DNA of 64,000 nt from Nitrosopumilus sp. (lineage in GTDB: Archaea > Thermoproteota > Nitrososphaeria > Nitrososphaerales > Nitrosopumilaceae), in contig CBDBLO010000002.1 in NCBI GenBank assembly GCA_965207075.1, positions 992,001-1,056,000 of the forward strand, in the 5' to 3' direction. A model generated the notes under the pieces. The model did not search any database and was not told where the DNA came from. It saw only the letters and a list, made by a program, of their open reading frames with translations. The translations under genes and the position numbers were made by a program. Positions 29,860 through 38,063 of the stretch are shown here, one piece after another (the stretch's first letter is position 1; each line of letters begins with the position of its first letter).

Positions 29860-31242
29860 CAGTCAAGCCAATAGTTAGGCCAGACTAACTGGTTTTTGGC
29901 ACCGGCTTCAGCGCATGTCAAAAGTATCTGCGCGTATAGATCTATAAGAGGGCGTTCCAACGGAACTCTTCGTGACAACAGGACCACTGGAACGCGATAT
30001 GACGTCACGGATCGACGTTTATGAAAGTGTCGTCGGGACCATGGAGGGGATAGTGGCGCGCATGCTGCCCGTCTCGCATGCCCCGAACGCCGTGTTCACG
30101 GAGGGGCACCTGAACGACGGGCTGCTGCTGGGCGGGGTATTCAGCTCGTCCTCGTCCGGGCGCGCGGACTCTGCAAGGAGAGCGCACAACAGGATCATAG
30201 GGAGGAGGCTCGCGGAGGCGGAGGCGGCCATGCCCTGCGGCGAGTGGCAGCGAAAGCACCTCGCGAGGATCAGGCCCGGCACGGCGCTTGCGGCGTTTCG
30301 GGAGGAGCTCGACGCGAACCTGGACCTGCTCCGCGACCGGGGGCTCCTGCCGGGCAGGCTCGACGTGGCAATAGACATGCACCTCATACCGAGGTACGAC
30401 AAGGAGCGCGGGCCCGAGCTCCACAGGTCCAGGTGGAAGGACGGGACGCAGTGGTTTGAGCGCTACTTTACGATCCAGTCGGTGACCCCGGGGGCCAGGC
30501 TGACGCTCGGGGCGCTTCCGATGCCGGCGCTGGAGGACAGCGCGGATTACCTACGAAAACTGGTCACAATATGCAGGGGGCACGGGGTCGGGATCGGAGT
30601 CCTGATGGCCGACAGGGAGTTCTTTGACACGTCCGTGATGAGGGTGCTGGCCGACGAAAACATCGACTACATCATACCGTGCAGGAACACCACGACCGTC
30701 GTGGAGGAGATCAACAGGTTTGCAGCCGGCATGCGCGGGTCCAGGTCGGAGGTCGTCATATCGGACGGATACAACTGCGTCCGGTACACGGGAGTCATTG
30801 CAGTGCGCAAGAGGCGCGCCGGCGGCGGCGCGGATTACGACGATCCTGACCTGCCGCCGCACGAGCGCTACATCATGTTTGCTACGAACAACCCCGACCT
30901 CGACGTCGAGGAATACTCCCGGCGCTGGGGCGTCGAGACGGGGTACAGGATGATCGAGCACGCGAGGCCAAAGACCCGGTCCAAGAACGCGGAGCTGCGC
31001 GCGTTCTGCTTCCTTTACGGGATCATGCTGTTCAACGCGTGGGTGATGTTCAACATACTGCACGCGGCCCAGAACGCGCAGGATCATCCGGACTGGGACG
31101 GGACGCCCGTGGTAACGCAGGACGAGATGACCACGTACATTCTGCTGCGCATCCTAGCCCGCACGCTGCCTCCAAGGCCGCCGAAGCCGCCGCCGAAGCC
31201 GCCGCCCTAACCAGCCGTTTGGGGACGCTGTTGGGTTGACTG
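29860..31242 (+). mobile_element. ISH3-like insertion sequence
   Basis: 15-bp imperfect TIRs (CAGTCAAGCCAATAG / CTGTTGGGTTGACTG, 13/15) flanked by GGGTA 5-bp TSD at 29855-29859 and 31243-31247. Confidence 0.9.
29972..31210 (+). CDS. ISH3/IS4-type DDE transposase
   Basis: AIDMH, ADREF, YSRRWGVETGYR motifs. Confidence 0.9.
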   Translation: MTTGPLERDMTSRIDVYESVVGTMEGIVARMLPVSHAPNAVFTEGHLNDGLLLGGVFSSSSSGRADSARRAHNRIIGRRLAEAEAAMPCGEWQRKHLARIRPGTALAAFREELDANLDLLRDRGLLPGRLDVAIDMHLIPRYDKERGPELHRSRWKDGTQWFERYFTIQSVTPGARLTLGALPMPALEDSADYLRKLVTICRGHGVGIGVLMADREFFDTSVMRVLADENIDYIIPCRNTTTVVEEINRFAAGMRGSRSEVVISDGYNCVRYTGVIAVRKRRAGGGADYDDPDLPPHERYIMFATNNPDLDVEEYSRRWGVETGYRMIEHARPKTRSKNAELRAFCFLYGIMLFNAWVMFNILHAAQNAQDHPDWDGTPVVTQDEMTTYILLRILARTLPPRPPKPPPKPPP

Positions 31243-31254
31243 GGGTAGGGTTGA

Positions 31255-31494
31255 ATGCCGGAAAGCGACAGTGATGGATGCGCCGTGTGCAAGGGCTCCG
31301 GCACGATAGAGCTGCTCGACCAACAGTGCCCGTTCTGCAACGGAACCGGCGAGCCCAGCAGGACTGCCGCGTCCTACATCAAGTCGCACATATGCCAGTG
31401 CGTCTTTCTCGACCGAAAGAAGTGTCCACTGTGCGGCAAGCCGTGCCACCACGACACGCCGAACAGGCCAAAAATACTGCTCAGTCCAGGATGA
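31255..31494 (+). CDS. Small zinc-finger protein (two CxxCxGxG motifs plus further Cys/His)
   Basis: CAVCKGSG, CPFCNGTG, HICQC, CPLC..CHH. Confidence 0.8.
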   Translation: MPESDSDGCAVCKGSGTIELLDQQCPFCNGTGEPSRTAASYIKSHICQCVFLDRKKCPLCGKPCHHDTPNRPKILLSPG

Positions 31495-31513
31495 GCCGCG
31501 CGCACTCGCATCC

Positions 31514-31897
31514 TCAGAGCGGCGGAAGCTCGGTCTTTTTGTCGTACCCGCCGGAGCCGAACTTGCAGTAAAAGCAGAGCTCCGACTCCATGTACTTTAG
31601 CTTCTCTATCTTGATCGCCCCGATCTTGAGCGCAATCTTTGTCAGCATCTTGTACTTTAGCGGCATGCCCGGTATGACCTCGTCATAGTACACGCGGTAG
31701 TGGTCGGGGCAGAACCTGAGCTTCATCCGGGCCGGCTCGCCGCCGCCCTTGTTTGCCTCGTTGATCTGCTTTGTGTAGTTGACCTGCTCGCGTATGTACT
31801 CGTGCTTTGGGCACGGGCAGTCCTTGCCACCCGGGTGCTTGTATGCCGGTATGTTCTTCCAGTCGAATTCCGGATAGTCGTCCTCAAAGTCGTCCAT
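31514..31897 (-). CDS. Hypothetical Cys-containing protein
   Basis: MDDFEDDY start with TATA-like box upstream; CPCPKH, CPDH, CFYC. Confidence 0.75.
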   Translation of the reverse strand: MDDFEDDYPEFDWKNIPAYKHPGGKDCPCPKHEYIREQVNYTKQINEANKGGGEPARMKLRFCPDHYRVYYDEVIPGMPLKYKMLTKIALKIGAIKIEKLKYMESELCFYCKFGSGGYDKKTELPPL

Positions 31898-32127
31898 GCG
31901 TGGTCTCCGGAGGTGTCTAGTTTGCCAGAGAATATAAAACTTGATCAGGGGCGCGTGCGATCTGTGGTGGGGCAGGTTCCGTCCGCCTGGCTTTGGCGGA
32001 TGGGCGTTCTGACGGGCCGATTCTGGCACCGGCGGCCGCCTGCTGATCAGGTACTGGTGCAAATTCGGTTGATAGACGTGCAGGCAGGGAATGATGATGT
32101 TATATGGAACCGTGAGAATAGGCACGT

Positions 32128-32322
32128 ATGGACTCGTATCAAGTTGAAATCAAAGAGGCGTTAATTCACGGCAGGGGATTGAAGCTCGACGGTGATCAAC
32201 TTGTCGATTTTGCCGCGTACGCCCTGTCATATGACGGAGGCCCCCACGGGGAGGAGGCCAGACAGTTGGTTCTAGACCATATGAAGAAGCACAAAGCGGC
32301 GGACGTTACCCAAGACTTTTAG
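32128..32322 (+). CDS. Small hypothetical passenger protein
   Basis: 64-aa ORF with TTATAT box upstream, inside the TIRs. Confidence 0.55.
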   Translation: MDSYQVEIKEALIHGRGLKLDGDQLVDFAAYALSYDGGPHGEEARQLVLDHMKKHKAADVTQDF

Positions 32323-32435
32323 CCTCATGTATCCGATGATGTCTGGGCCGCAAGGCCCAATGTCACGGCCCCCTCGGACGGCGAGCACTCGGTGTCCGCG
32401 GGGAGATTTTTCAGCATTCTACTAGCGTCGACCGT

Positions 32436-33368
32436 CTACCGTCTAGGAATCCTCTGGTCGGTTGCGATCAGGTAGAGGCTGCTGTTCTGGATGATCGTTT
32501 TCCATTTGTTGGCTCCCTCGGTACTGATGCCCGCCACTTCTGCCGGGGTCTTGTTCTTGAGTGCATCGTGGCCGCGCACATGGTTGTAGTGGACCTTCAT
32601 GCCGTCAAAGACCGCCGTGTCGTACGCGCTGAGGCCCCGGAAGGTCTTCTCCCTGTCGCGGATCGTCCCGTTCAACCTTTCCATCTTGTTATTCGACGGA
32701 TGGAAGTTCGCGTGGTTCTTCTTGCCACTCGGTCCGACCCGCTTGCTACGTATGCCCGCGTCGCATTTGTGGTACGTCTTGTTGCCGAATATCTTGCGGG
32801 CCGCCTTCTGGTAGGCGGGCAGCTTGTCCGTTATCAAAACGGTGGGGTTCTTGCCTGCCACATCTTTGGTGGTCTTGAATATGCCGTACGCGTCGTGCTT
32901 GTCCTTGCTGTCGGCCAGCTCGCCCGCGAGCCAATAGCGGGTGTCGTCGTCCATCGTGCAGAACAGGTAGTATTTCTGGCCCCGAACCTTCACCCACACT
33001 TCGTCGCCCCGGAACCAGTTGCCCACGCTTGGGGCGAGGCTGTCCGTAAACATGCGAGCGATCCTAGAGTAGCGCTCAACCCACCTGCGGACGGTCGAGC
33101 CGTCCACGTCGATTCCGCGCACCTTGAGCGCGTCCGCTACCGACCTTGACGACATTCCAGAATAGAACAGGTGGATTGCCTCCGATACTATGGCGGGATC
33201 GAACTGCCTGTAACGAAACCCAAAGTTTGCCGAAAACGTCTTCTTGCAGGCGCGGCAAACGAACCTCTGCACCACGCCGGACTTGTTGCGGCGCGTGCCC
33301 TGCCTTACGATCTTGTCGGAGCGGCAGTGCTTGCAGAACTTGACGGTATCGTGTGATTCGACATTCAT
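32436..33368 (-). CDS. IS6-family DDE transposase with N-terminal zinc ribbon
   Basis: CKHC/CRAC, HTH (STVRRWV), GDEVWVKV, LITDKLPAY, NNKMERLN. Confidence 0.92.
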   Translation of the reverse strand: MNVESHDTVKFCKHCRSDKIVRQGTRRNKSGVVQRFVCRACKKTFSANFGFRYRQFDPAIVSEAIHLFYSGMSSRSVADALKVRGIDVDGSTVRRWVERYSRIARMFTDSLAPSVGNWFRGDEVWVKVRGQKYYLFCTMDDDTRYWLAGELADSKDKHDAYGIFKTTKDVAGKNPTVLITDKLPAYQKAARKIFGNKTYHKCDAGIRSKRVGPSGKKNHANFHPSNNKMERLNGTIRDREKTFRGLSAYDTAVFDGMKVHYNHVRGHDALKNKTPAEVAGISTEGANKWKTIIQNSSLYLIATDQRIPRR

Positions 33369-33592
33369 GCGGCACGCCTCCTACGAATTATAAGCAGGAA
33401 TGAAGAAGTCCGCTCAGAGCCTATTAATGCGATCATTGGCGTCGCCACGCCTCCGATCTTTTTTCTCATCATCGCGGATGCGGATGCTCTCATGTATCTA
33501 GGTAATATCCATAGTAATATAAACTTTAGGTAATTTGGATGTCAACCATGATGCACATAAGACATATAATATGTAGAGACTGTTATATTACC

Positions 33593-33769
33593 ATGGGAAA
33601 AACCAATAGAACCAAACTTGCTCAGGCAAACACCAGCAACTCCTTGCGGGCTACGGTGCCGTCGCATATCATACAGGCGCTGGGGGCCAAGCCGGGGGAC
33701 GAGATCGAATGGTCGTTAAGGCCGGACGGCGACAGGTTTGCAGTGGATGTCGACTTTCACAGGCAGTGA
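33593..33769 (+). CDS. AbrB/MazE/SpoVT-family DNA-binding protein
   Basis: SLRATVPSHIIQALGAKPGDEIEW motif. Confidence 0.85.
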   Translation: MGKTNRTKLAQANTSNSLRATVPSHIIQALGAKPGDEIEWSLRPDGDRFAVDVDFHRQ

Positions 33770-33936
33770 CTGTCATGGTCACGAACGAGGTAAAGAGGGC
33801 AGAAAAGATGGCCGTGTTCTTTATGAAAATGCACGGCATGACATTCGACCAAGCAATCACCCACATGCAGTCATGGGCGCCCCACCTGCACAAGGCATAC
33901 GTGGACATGCGTAACTCCGAGGTAGAGAATAAATGA
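33766..33936 (+). CDS. Small hypothetical protein coupled to the AbrB gene
   Basis: GTGA overlap with the AbrB stop; helical amphipathic sequence. Confidence 0.55.
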   Translation: MTVMVTNEVKRAEKMAVFFMKMHGMTFDQAITHMQSWAPHLHKAYVDMRNSEVENK

Positions 33937-34026
33937 CAGATAACCGAAGCGGGTTCGGTCAACCCATGTCGTCCAACGTATTTGGCCAACGTTACAGCAA
34001 CGCCTCCCGCACGGGAGGCGTTCTAA

Positions 34027-35631
34027 CTGCCCGCGCGGCCCAACTGGGCAAACAGGACACTTGCCAAGTGTGACAATCTTGAATTTCTCCGATCGATGGA
34101 CAGCAATACGGTTGATCTCATAGCGACCGACCCCCCGTTCAACAAGTCAAAGGATTTTCACGCCACCCCGGACTCACTGGCAGCGGGAGCGTCATTTCAG
34201 GACAGGTGGAGCTGGGACGATGCCCTCGAAGAATGGCAGGATAAGATCAAGGATGACTTTCCAAGGGTTTGGAATGTCATATGGGGCTCGCGCCAGTCAT
34301 ACGGGGACGATATGGGTGGGTTCCTCTGCTTCATGGGCGTCCGCATCATAGAGATGCACCGCGTCCTCAAACAGACTGGGAGCATGTACCTGCACTGCGA
34401 TCCGACCGCAAGCCATTATCTCAAGGAGTTAATGGACTCGATATTCAAGCACAAGAATTTTCGAAGCGAGATCGTCTGGAGACGGTCAAATGCCCACAAC
34501 AAACTAAGAAGGCAATACGGGCCGATTCACGACATACTACTGTTCTACACCAAGACGGACGAATTTACGTTTGCACCGGGAATCGTGCCATATTCCAAAA
34601 AATACGTGAACGGATTTAAAACCGATGAGCGCGGATCTTATCATCTCAACAACATAACGGGTCCGGGCATACGGCACGGAGACAGCGGCAAGAAATGGGG
34701 CGGATTCGATCCCACAAAAGTAGGCAGGCATTGGGCCGTCCCAAAGGCCCTGAAGGCCTTCCTGCCGGACGGTGGCAAGGACATGACCACCATGCAACAA
34801 TTGGAGTTTTTACATGATCGCGAACTGATACTGATTCCAAAGAAGGGAGCATGGCCCGTGTACAAGCAGTATCTGGGCAGGGGCATACTGTACCAAGACA
34901 TATGGGCATACCAGCCAAACACCAACGGAGTTCTGTATGAAACTGATGCATGCATAGACGAGGATGTGAAATACCTTGACAACGAACCAGAGAAGACCGG
35001 TTATCCAACCCAGAAACCCATTGGCTTGTACGAGCGCATAATCAGGACATCAAGCAACAAGGGCGATGTCGTTCTAGACCCCTTCTGCGGCTGCGCCACG
35101 ACCTGCGTGGCTGCCGAGAAGCTGGGCAGGCAGTGGATCGGTATAGACATCTGGGACAAGGCGCATGAGGTGGTCATAGAGCGCCTCAGAAAGGAGGGCT
35201 TCCTCGCGAGACCCGGTGAGAAGCGGCAAGACATCCTGATAACGAGAGGAGAGATCACGTATGTGAAAAAACCCTTGAAACGCAAGGACGGGGGATCGGA
35301 GGCAGTGCCATTCTTGGAAACCAAGATGAAACTGTTTGATGACTCCGAGCATGACCCATACAGCAACAAGGAGAAAAAATGCATGCTGTTGGAACAGTGC
35401 GGGCCGTGCTGCCAAGGGTGTGGCATCGAGTTGCACGAAAGGTATCTGGAGCTGGATCACAAGGAGCCCAGATCGGCGGGCGGCTCCAACCTCATACGGA
35501 ACCGCATACTGCTGTGCGGGCCGTGCAACAAGCTAAAGCGCGACCTGTACACGCTGGTGTGGCTGAGGCGGGAAAACATCAAGCTTGGCTACATGATCAA
35601 CGAGAAGGTTCTGGCCCCGCTCAAGGGCTGA
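34027..35631 (+). CDS. Amino-DNA methyltransferase (beta-type order) fused to C-terminal HNH domain
   Basis: DPPF motif IV, YPTQKP, DPFCGCATT motif I; C-terminal CQGC..LELDH..N..LLCGPCN; frame open back to a CTG at 34027 preceded by GGAGG. Confidence 0.9.
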   Translation: MPARPNWANRTLAKCDNLEFLRSMDSNTVDLIATDPPFNKSKDFHATPDSLAAGASFQDRWSWDDALEEWQDKIKDDFPRVWNVIWGSRQSYGDDMGGFLCFMGVRIIEMHRVLKQTGSMYLHCDPTASHYLKELMDSIFKHKNFRSEIVWRRSNAHNKLRRQYGPIHDILLFYTKTDEFTFAPGIVPYSKKYVNGFKTDERGSYHLNNITGPGIRHGDSGKKWGGFDPTKVGRHWAVPKALKAFLPDGGKDMTTMQQLEFLHDRELILIPKKGAWPVYKQYLGRGILYQDIWAYQPNTNGVLYETDACIDEDVKYLDNEPEKTGYPTQKPIGLYERIIRTSSNKGDVVLDPFCGCATTCVAAEKLGRQWIGIDIWDKAHEVVIERLRKEGFLARPGEKRQDILITRGEITYVKKPLKRKDGGSEAVPFLETKMKLFDDSEHDPYSNKEKKCMLLEQCGPCCQGCGIELHERYLELDHKEPRSAGGSNLIRNRILLCGPCNKLKRDLYTLVWLRRENIKLGYMINEKVLAPLKG

Positions 35632-35713
35632 TCTGCCGTCCTGACTATGGATTCCTACTGCCGTGTCGATATCACGTATTGGAAGCCGTACCTGCACGGA
35701 AACCACACAAGTA

Positions 35714-35965
35714 TTAGGAATCTGGCTTTTGCCGTCGTATCTCGTAAACATGGATATTGTCGTATTTGATGCGGCATGACACGACAAGAGTCCTGCCTAT
35801 CCAGAGATGCAACACCATACGCCGAATCAGTAGGTTGTAAGGCCGGATGCTTTGCAGGAACTGGTCCAACTTGCCCAGCATATTGCTGACAAGCTTCCTC
35901 TCCCCAATGCTCAATCTGTCAGATTCCTTTGCAAATGAAGAGGAAGTAGTCCAATTTTTGCTCAT
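35714..35965 (-). CDS. Putative RelE/ParE-like toxin
   Basis: 83-aa basic protein: TSSSFAKE..L N-terminus and C-terminal beta strands ending VYEIRR. Confidence 0.5.
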   Translation of the reverse strand: MSKNWTTSSSFAKESDRLSIGERKLVSNMLGKLDQFLQSIRPYNLLIRRMVLHLWIGRTLVVSCRIKYDNIHVYEIRRQKPDS

Positions 35966-35969
35966 TAGA

Positions 35970-36089
35970 CTACTTCCGTTTTTTTTCCAACAGATACTTT
36001 TGCAGGTCTTCTACACTGTCATATGAGCAAGCTACGCTCTCGTCTATGTCGTCGTCTATCGCAGATTCGATTTCGAACGTGCGTTTCAT
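35970..36089 (-). CDS. Putative small acidic antitoxin (39 aa; not in ORF track)
   Basis: MKRTFEIESAIDDDIDESVACSYDSVEDLQKYLLEKKRK*; directly upstream of the RelE-like ORF; TATA-rich promoter. Confidence 0.5.
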   Translation of the reverse strand: MKRTFEIESAIDDDIDESVACSYDSVEDLQKYLLEKKRK

Positions 36090-36230
36090 TACGTGATATT
36101 CTCACGTTTAGTTATATAATTATATGGTTTATGATAGTCTTAGCACCACTGCCAAAAACTTAGTTCTGGTGCCTCTCACCGAATCCGCGCAAGCCACGAT
36201 TCATTAGGGGCATGACATCCTACATACGGC

Positions 36231-36476
36231 ATGAACACGCAGGCAGATACAAGCGACAAGCCGCCAAAGGAACCGGACATACTCAAGCTCACATTTGGCG
36301 GCCTCCTCCAGACCAAGGAGTACGTCATAAGCGAGATCGAGCACTGGGGATCGCCCTTCCTGAACCCCTCAAAGATGTGGGACGACGCGGTAAAGGCGGG
36401 CCGCATCAAGAAGTCGGACAAGAAGTCCCTGTGGCTTGACCTGTACGAGCTTGACGGCGATCTGGGCCGGGCATAA
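36231..36476 (+). CDS. Hypothetical passenger protein
   Basis: 81-aa ORF with protein-like composition. Confidence 0.6.
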   Translation: MNTQADTSDKPPKEPDILKLTFGGLLQTKEYVISEIEHWGSPFLNPSKMWDDAVKAGRIKKSDKKSLWLDLYELDGDLGRA

Positions 36477-36501
36477 ATACGCAGGCGCGCACGTACAGTC
36501 A

Positions 36502-36699
36502 ATGACAAGAACGCCTGAGGAGCTGTACCGAGTACTGGACAGCGTGCGGGAAACTTGGGAGCCTAGGCTTGGGAAGGTGGACGACGATTTTTACGCCTCC
36601 GGCCTCGTGTCGTTTGCGGACGTGCCGCACGTACCGACGGCCAGACGCGTTGTGTCCGACTGGAAGCGCCGTCGCGGTCTCGGAGAAGATCAGGCGTGA
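36502..36699 (+). CDS. Hypothetical passenger protein ending at the right TIR
   Basis: MTRTPEELYRVLDSVRETWEP... 65 aa. Confidence 0.55.
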   Translation: MTRTPEELYRVLDSVRETWEPRLGKVDDDFYASGLVSFADVPHVPTARRVVSDWKRRRGLGEDQA

Positions 36700-36771
36700 C
36701 GCCTATCAACCGAATTTGCACCAGTACCGCTGATCAAAATATAGATAAACCCCACTCCGTCCATCCTGTCC

Positions 36772-37659
36772 GTGGCAGCTTCAAAAAGAGCGACCAAAAA
36801 GGACCTAGAGTCCAAGATTGTCGAGCTGGAGTCAAAGATAGACGCGCTTGTGGCCGAGCTGCAGGACAACGCGGCGGCCAAGTCTGACGAGAGTGCCAAC
36901 GCCGCGTCCAAGGCATCGTCCAAGGGCACGCTTCCAAAGGGATTTGACAAGGCGGCCCCCAAGCCCGAGCCCAAAAAGGCCGAGGCAGCGGCGGAGCCCA
37001 AGAAGCCCAAGGGCACGCTTCCAAAGGGATTTGACAAGGCGGCCCCCAAGCCCGAGCCCAAAAAGGCCGAGGCAGCGGCGGAGCCCAAGAAGCCCAAGGG
37101 CACGCTTCCAAAGGGATTTGACAAGGCGGCCCCCAAGCCCGAGCCCAAAAAGGACGAGGCAGCGGCGGAGCCCAAGAAGCCCAAGGGCACGCTTCCAAAG
37201 GGATTTGACAAGGCGGCCCCCAAGCCGGCGGCGGCAGAAAAGCCAAAACCGGCCGAGTCTGCCAAGCCACCCGCGGCCACCGTTGCGGCCGCCCTGGAGG
37301 ACGCGTACTATGACGCCCCGCAGACTGACTTTCACAAGTACCGCACCAACGTCACGGGCTATTCGCCTGCGCCAAACCGGTACTATGTCAGGCTGACGGC
37401 CCCCGTGGGCACGGTTCCAACCACAAACTGGAACGAGCAGAAGGCAAAGGTTACGGGGTACACGCAGCCCTCGGACCAATACTTTGCGACGCGGACCCGG
37501 CTTGCGTACCATCCTCCGGACAAGAGGTTTGGAAGCTTCAGCGGGACGGCTATGAGCGTCGAGGTTGCGGCCGCGGGGCAGGAGCAGCAGCAGACTCCAA
37601 AGCCAGAATCGACAACAGCAGCATCAAAATCCAAGGGAACGCTCCCAAAGGGTTTCTGA
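36772..37659 (+). CDS. Lys/Pro/Ala-rich repeat protein with KGTLPKGF motifs (paralog 1)
   Basis: N-terminal coiled coil, 87-bp (29-aa) tandem repeats, Tyr-rich central domain, ends KGTLPKGF*. Confidence 0.88.
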   Translation: MAASKRATKKDLESKIVELESKIDALVAELQDNAAAKSDESANAASKASSKGTLPKGFDKAAPKPEPKKAEAAAEPKKPKGTLPKGFDKAAPKPEPKKAEAAAEPKKPKGTLPKGFDKAAPKPEPKKDEAAAEPKKPKGTLPKGFDKAAPKPAAAEKPKPAESAKPPAATVAAALEDAYYDAPQTDFHKYRTNVTGYSPAPNRYYVRLTAPVGTVPTTNWNEQKAKVTGYTQPSDQYFATRTRLAYHPPDKRFGSFSGTAMSVEVAAAGQEQQQTPKPESTTAASKSKGTLPKGF

Positions 37660-37698
37660 GCACCTGACTTTTTTAATTTTTAATAGCGACTGGGGCGT

Positions 37699-37899
37699 AT
37701 GCCGTACGTGCCCCCGCTGACTAGCTGCCACAACTGCGGCCAAAAGGAATGGCTTGAGAGCCCGGAACTGGGGTACATTCCACGGCTTGAGAAGGACCCG
37801 GAAGGCGGGTACATGGCAGACACCAACAACGGCGTGCACCTTAGGGTTTGGCGCTGCAACAACTGTATGTTCGTAATGACGTTCTGGGAGCCGGACTAG
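37699..37899 (+). CDS. Small zinc-ribbon protein
   Basis: CHNC..CNNC, 66 aa; T-tract and TATA upstream. Confidence 0.8.
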   Translation: MPYVPPLTSCHNCGQKEWLESPELGYIPRLEKDPEGGYMADTNNGVHLRVWRCNNCMFVMTFWEPD

Positions 37900-38063
37900 G
37901 ATGTTTCGGGCGTATGGCCACCGCCACCTCCTCGGCTGCAGCTGCCCGGGCCGTACGCGGACGCCATATTTTGTATCTTTTTGGGCATTTTTCTGTAAAA
38001 TTGGCAGGCATGATCGCATCCCAAACAAAATGTAAATAAGCATCACGTCTGTTCGTACATTAA

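Larger units (their letters stand above)
32050..36728. mobile_element. 4.7-kb IS6-family transposon carrying passenger genes
   Basis: 30-bp TIRs GGTACTGGTGCAAATTCGGTTGATAG(A/G)CGT (29/30) and 8-bp TSD GCTGATCA at 32042-32049 and 36729-36736. Confidence 0.93.

Noticed and set aside
36922-37225. 87-bp periodic repeats as a CRISPR or non-coding array
   Set aside because: They are in-frame coding repeats (29 aa) with no variable spacers.
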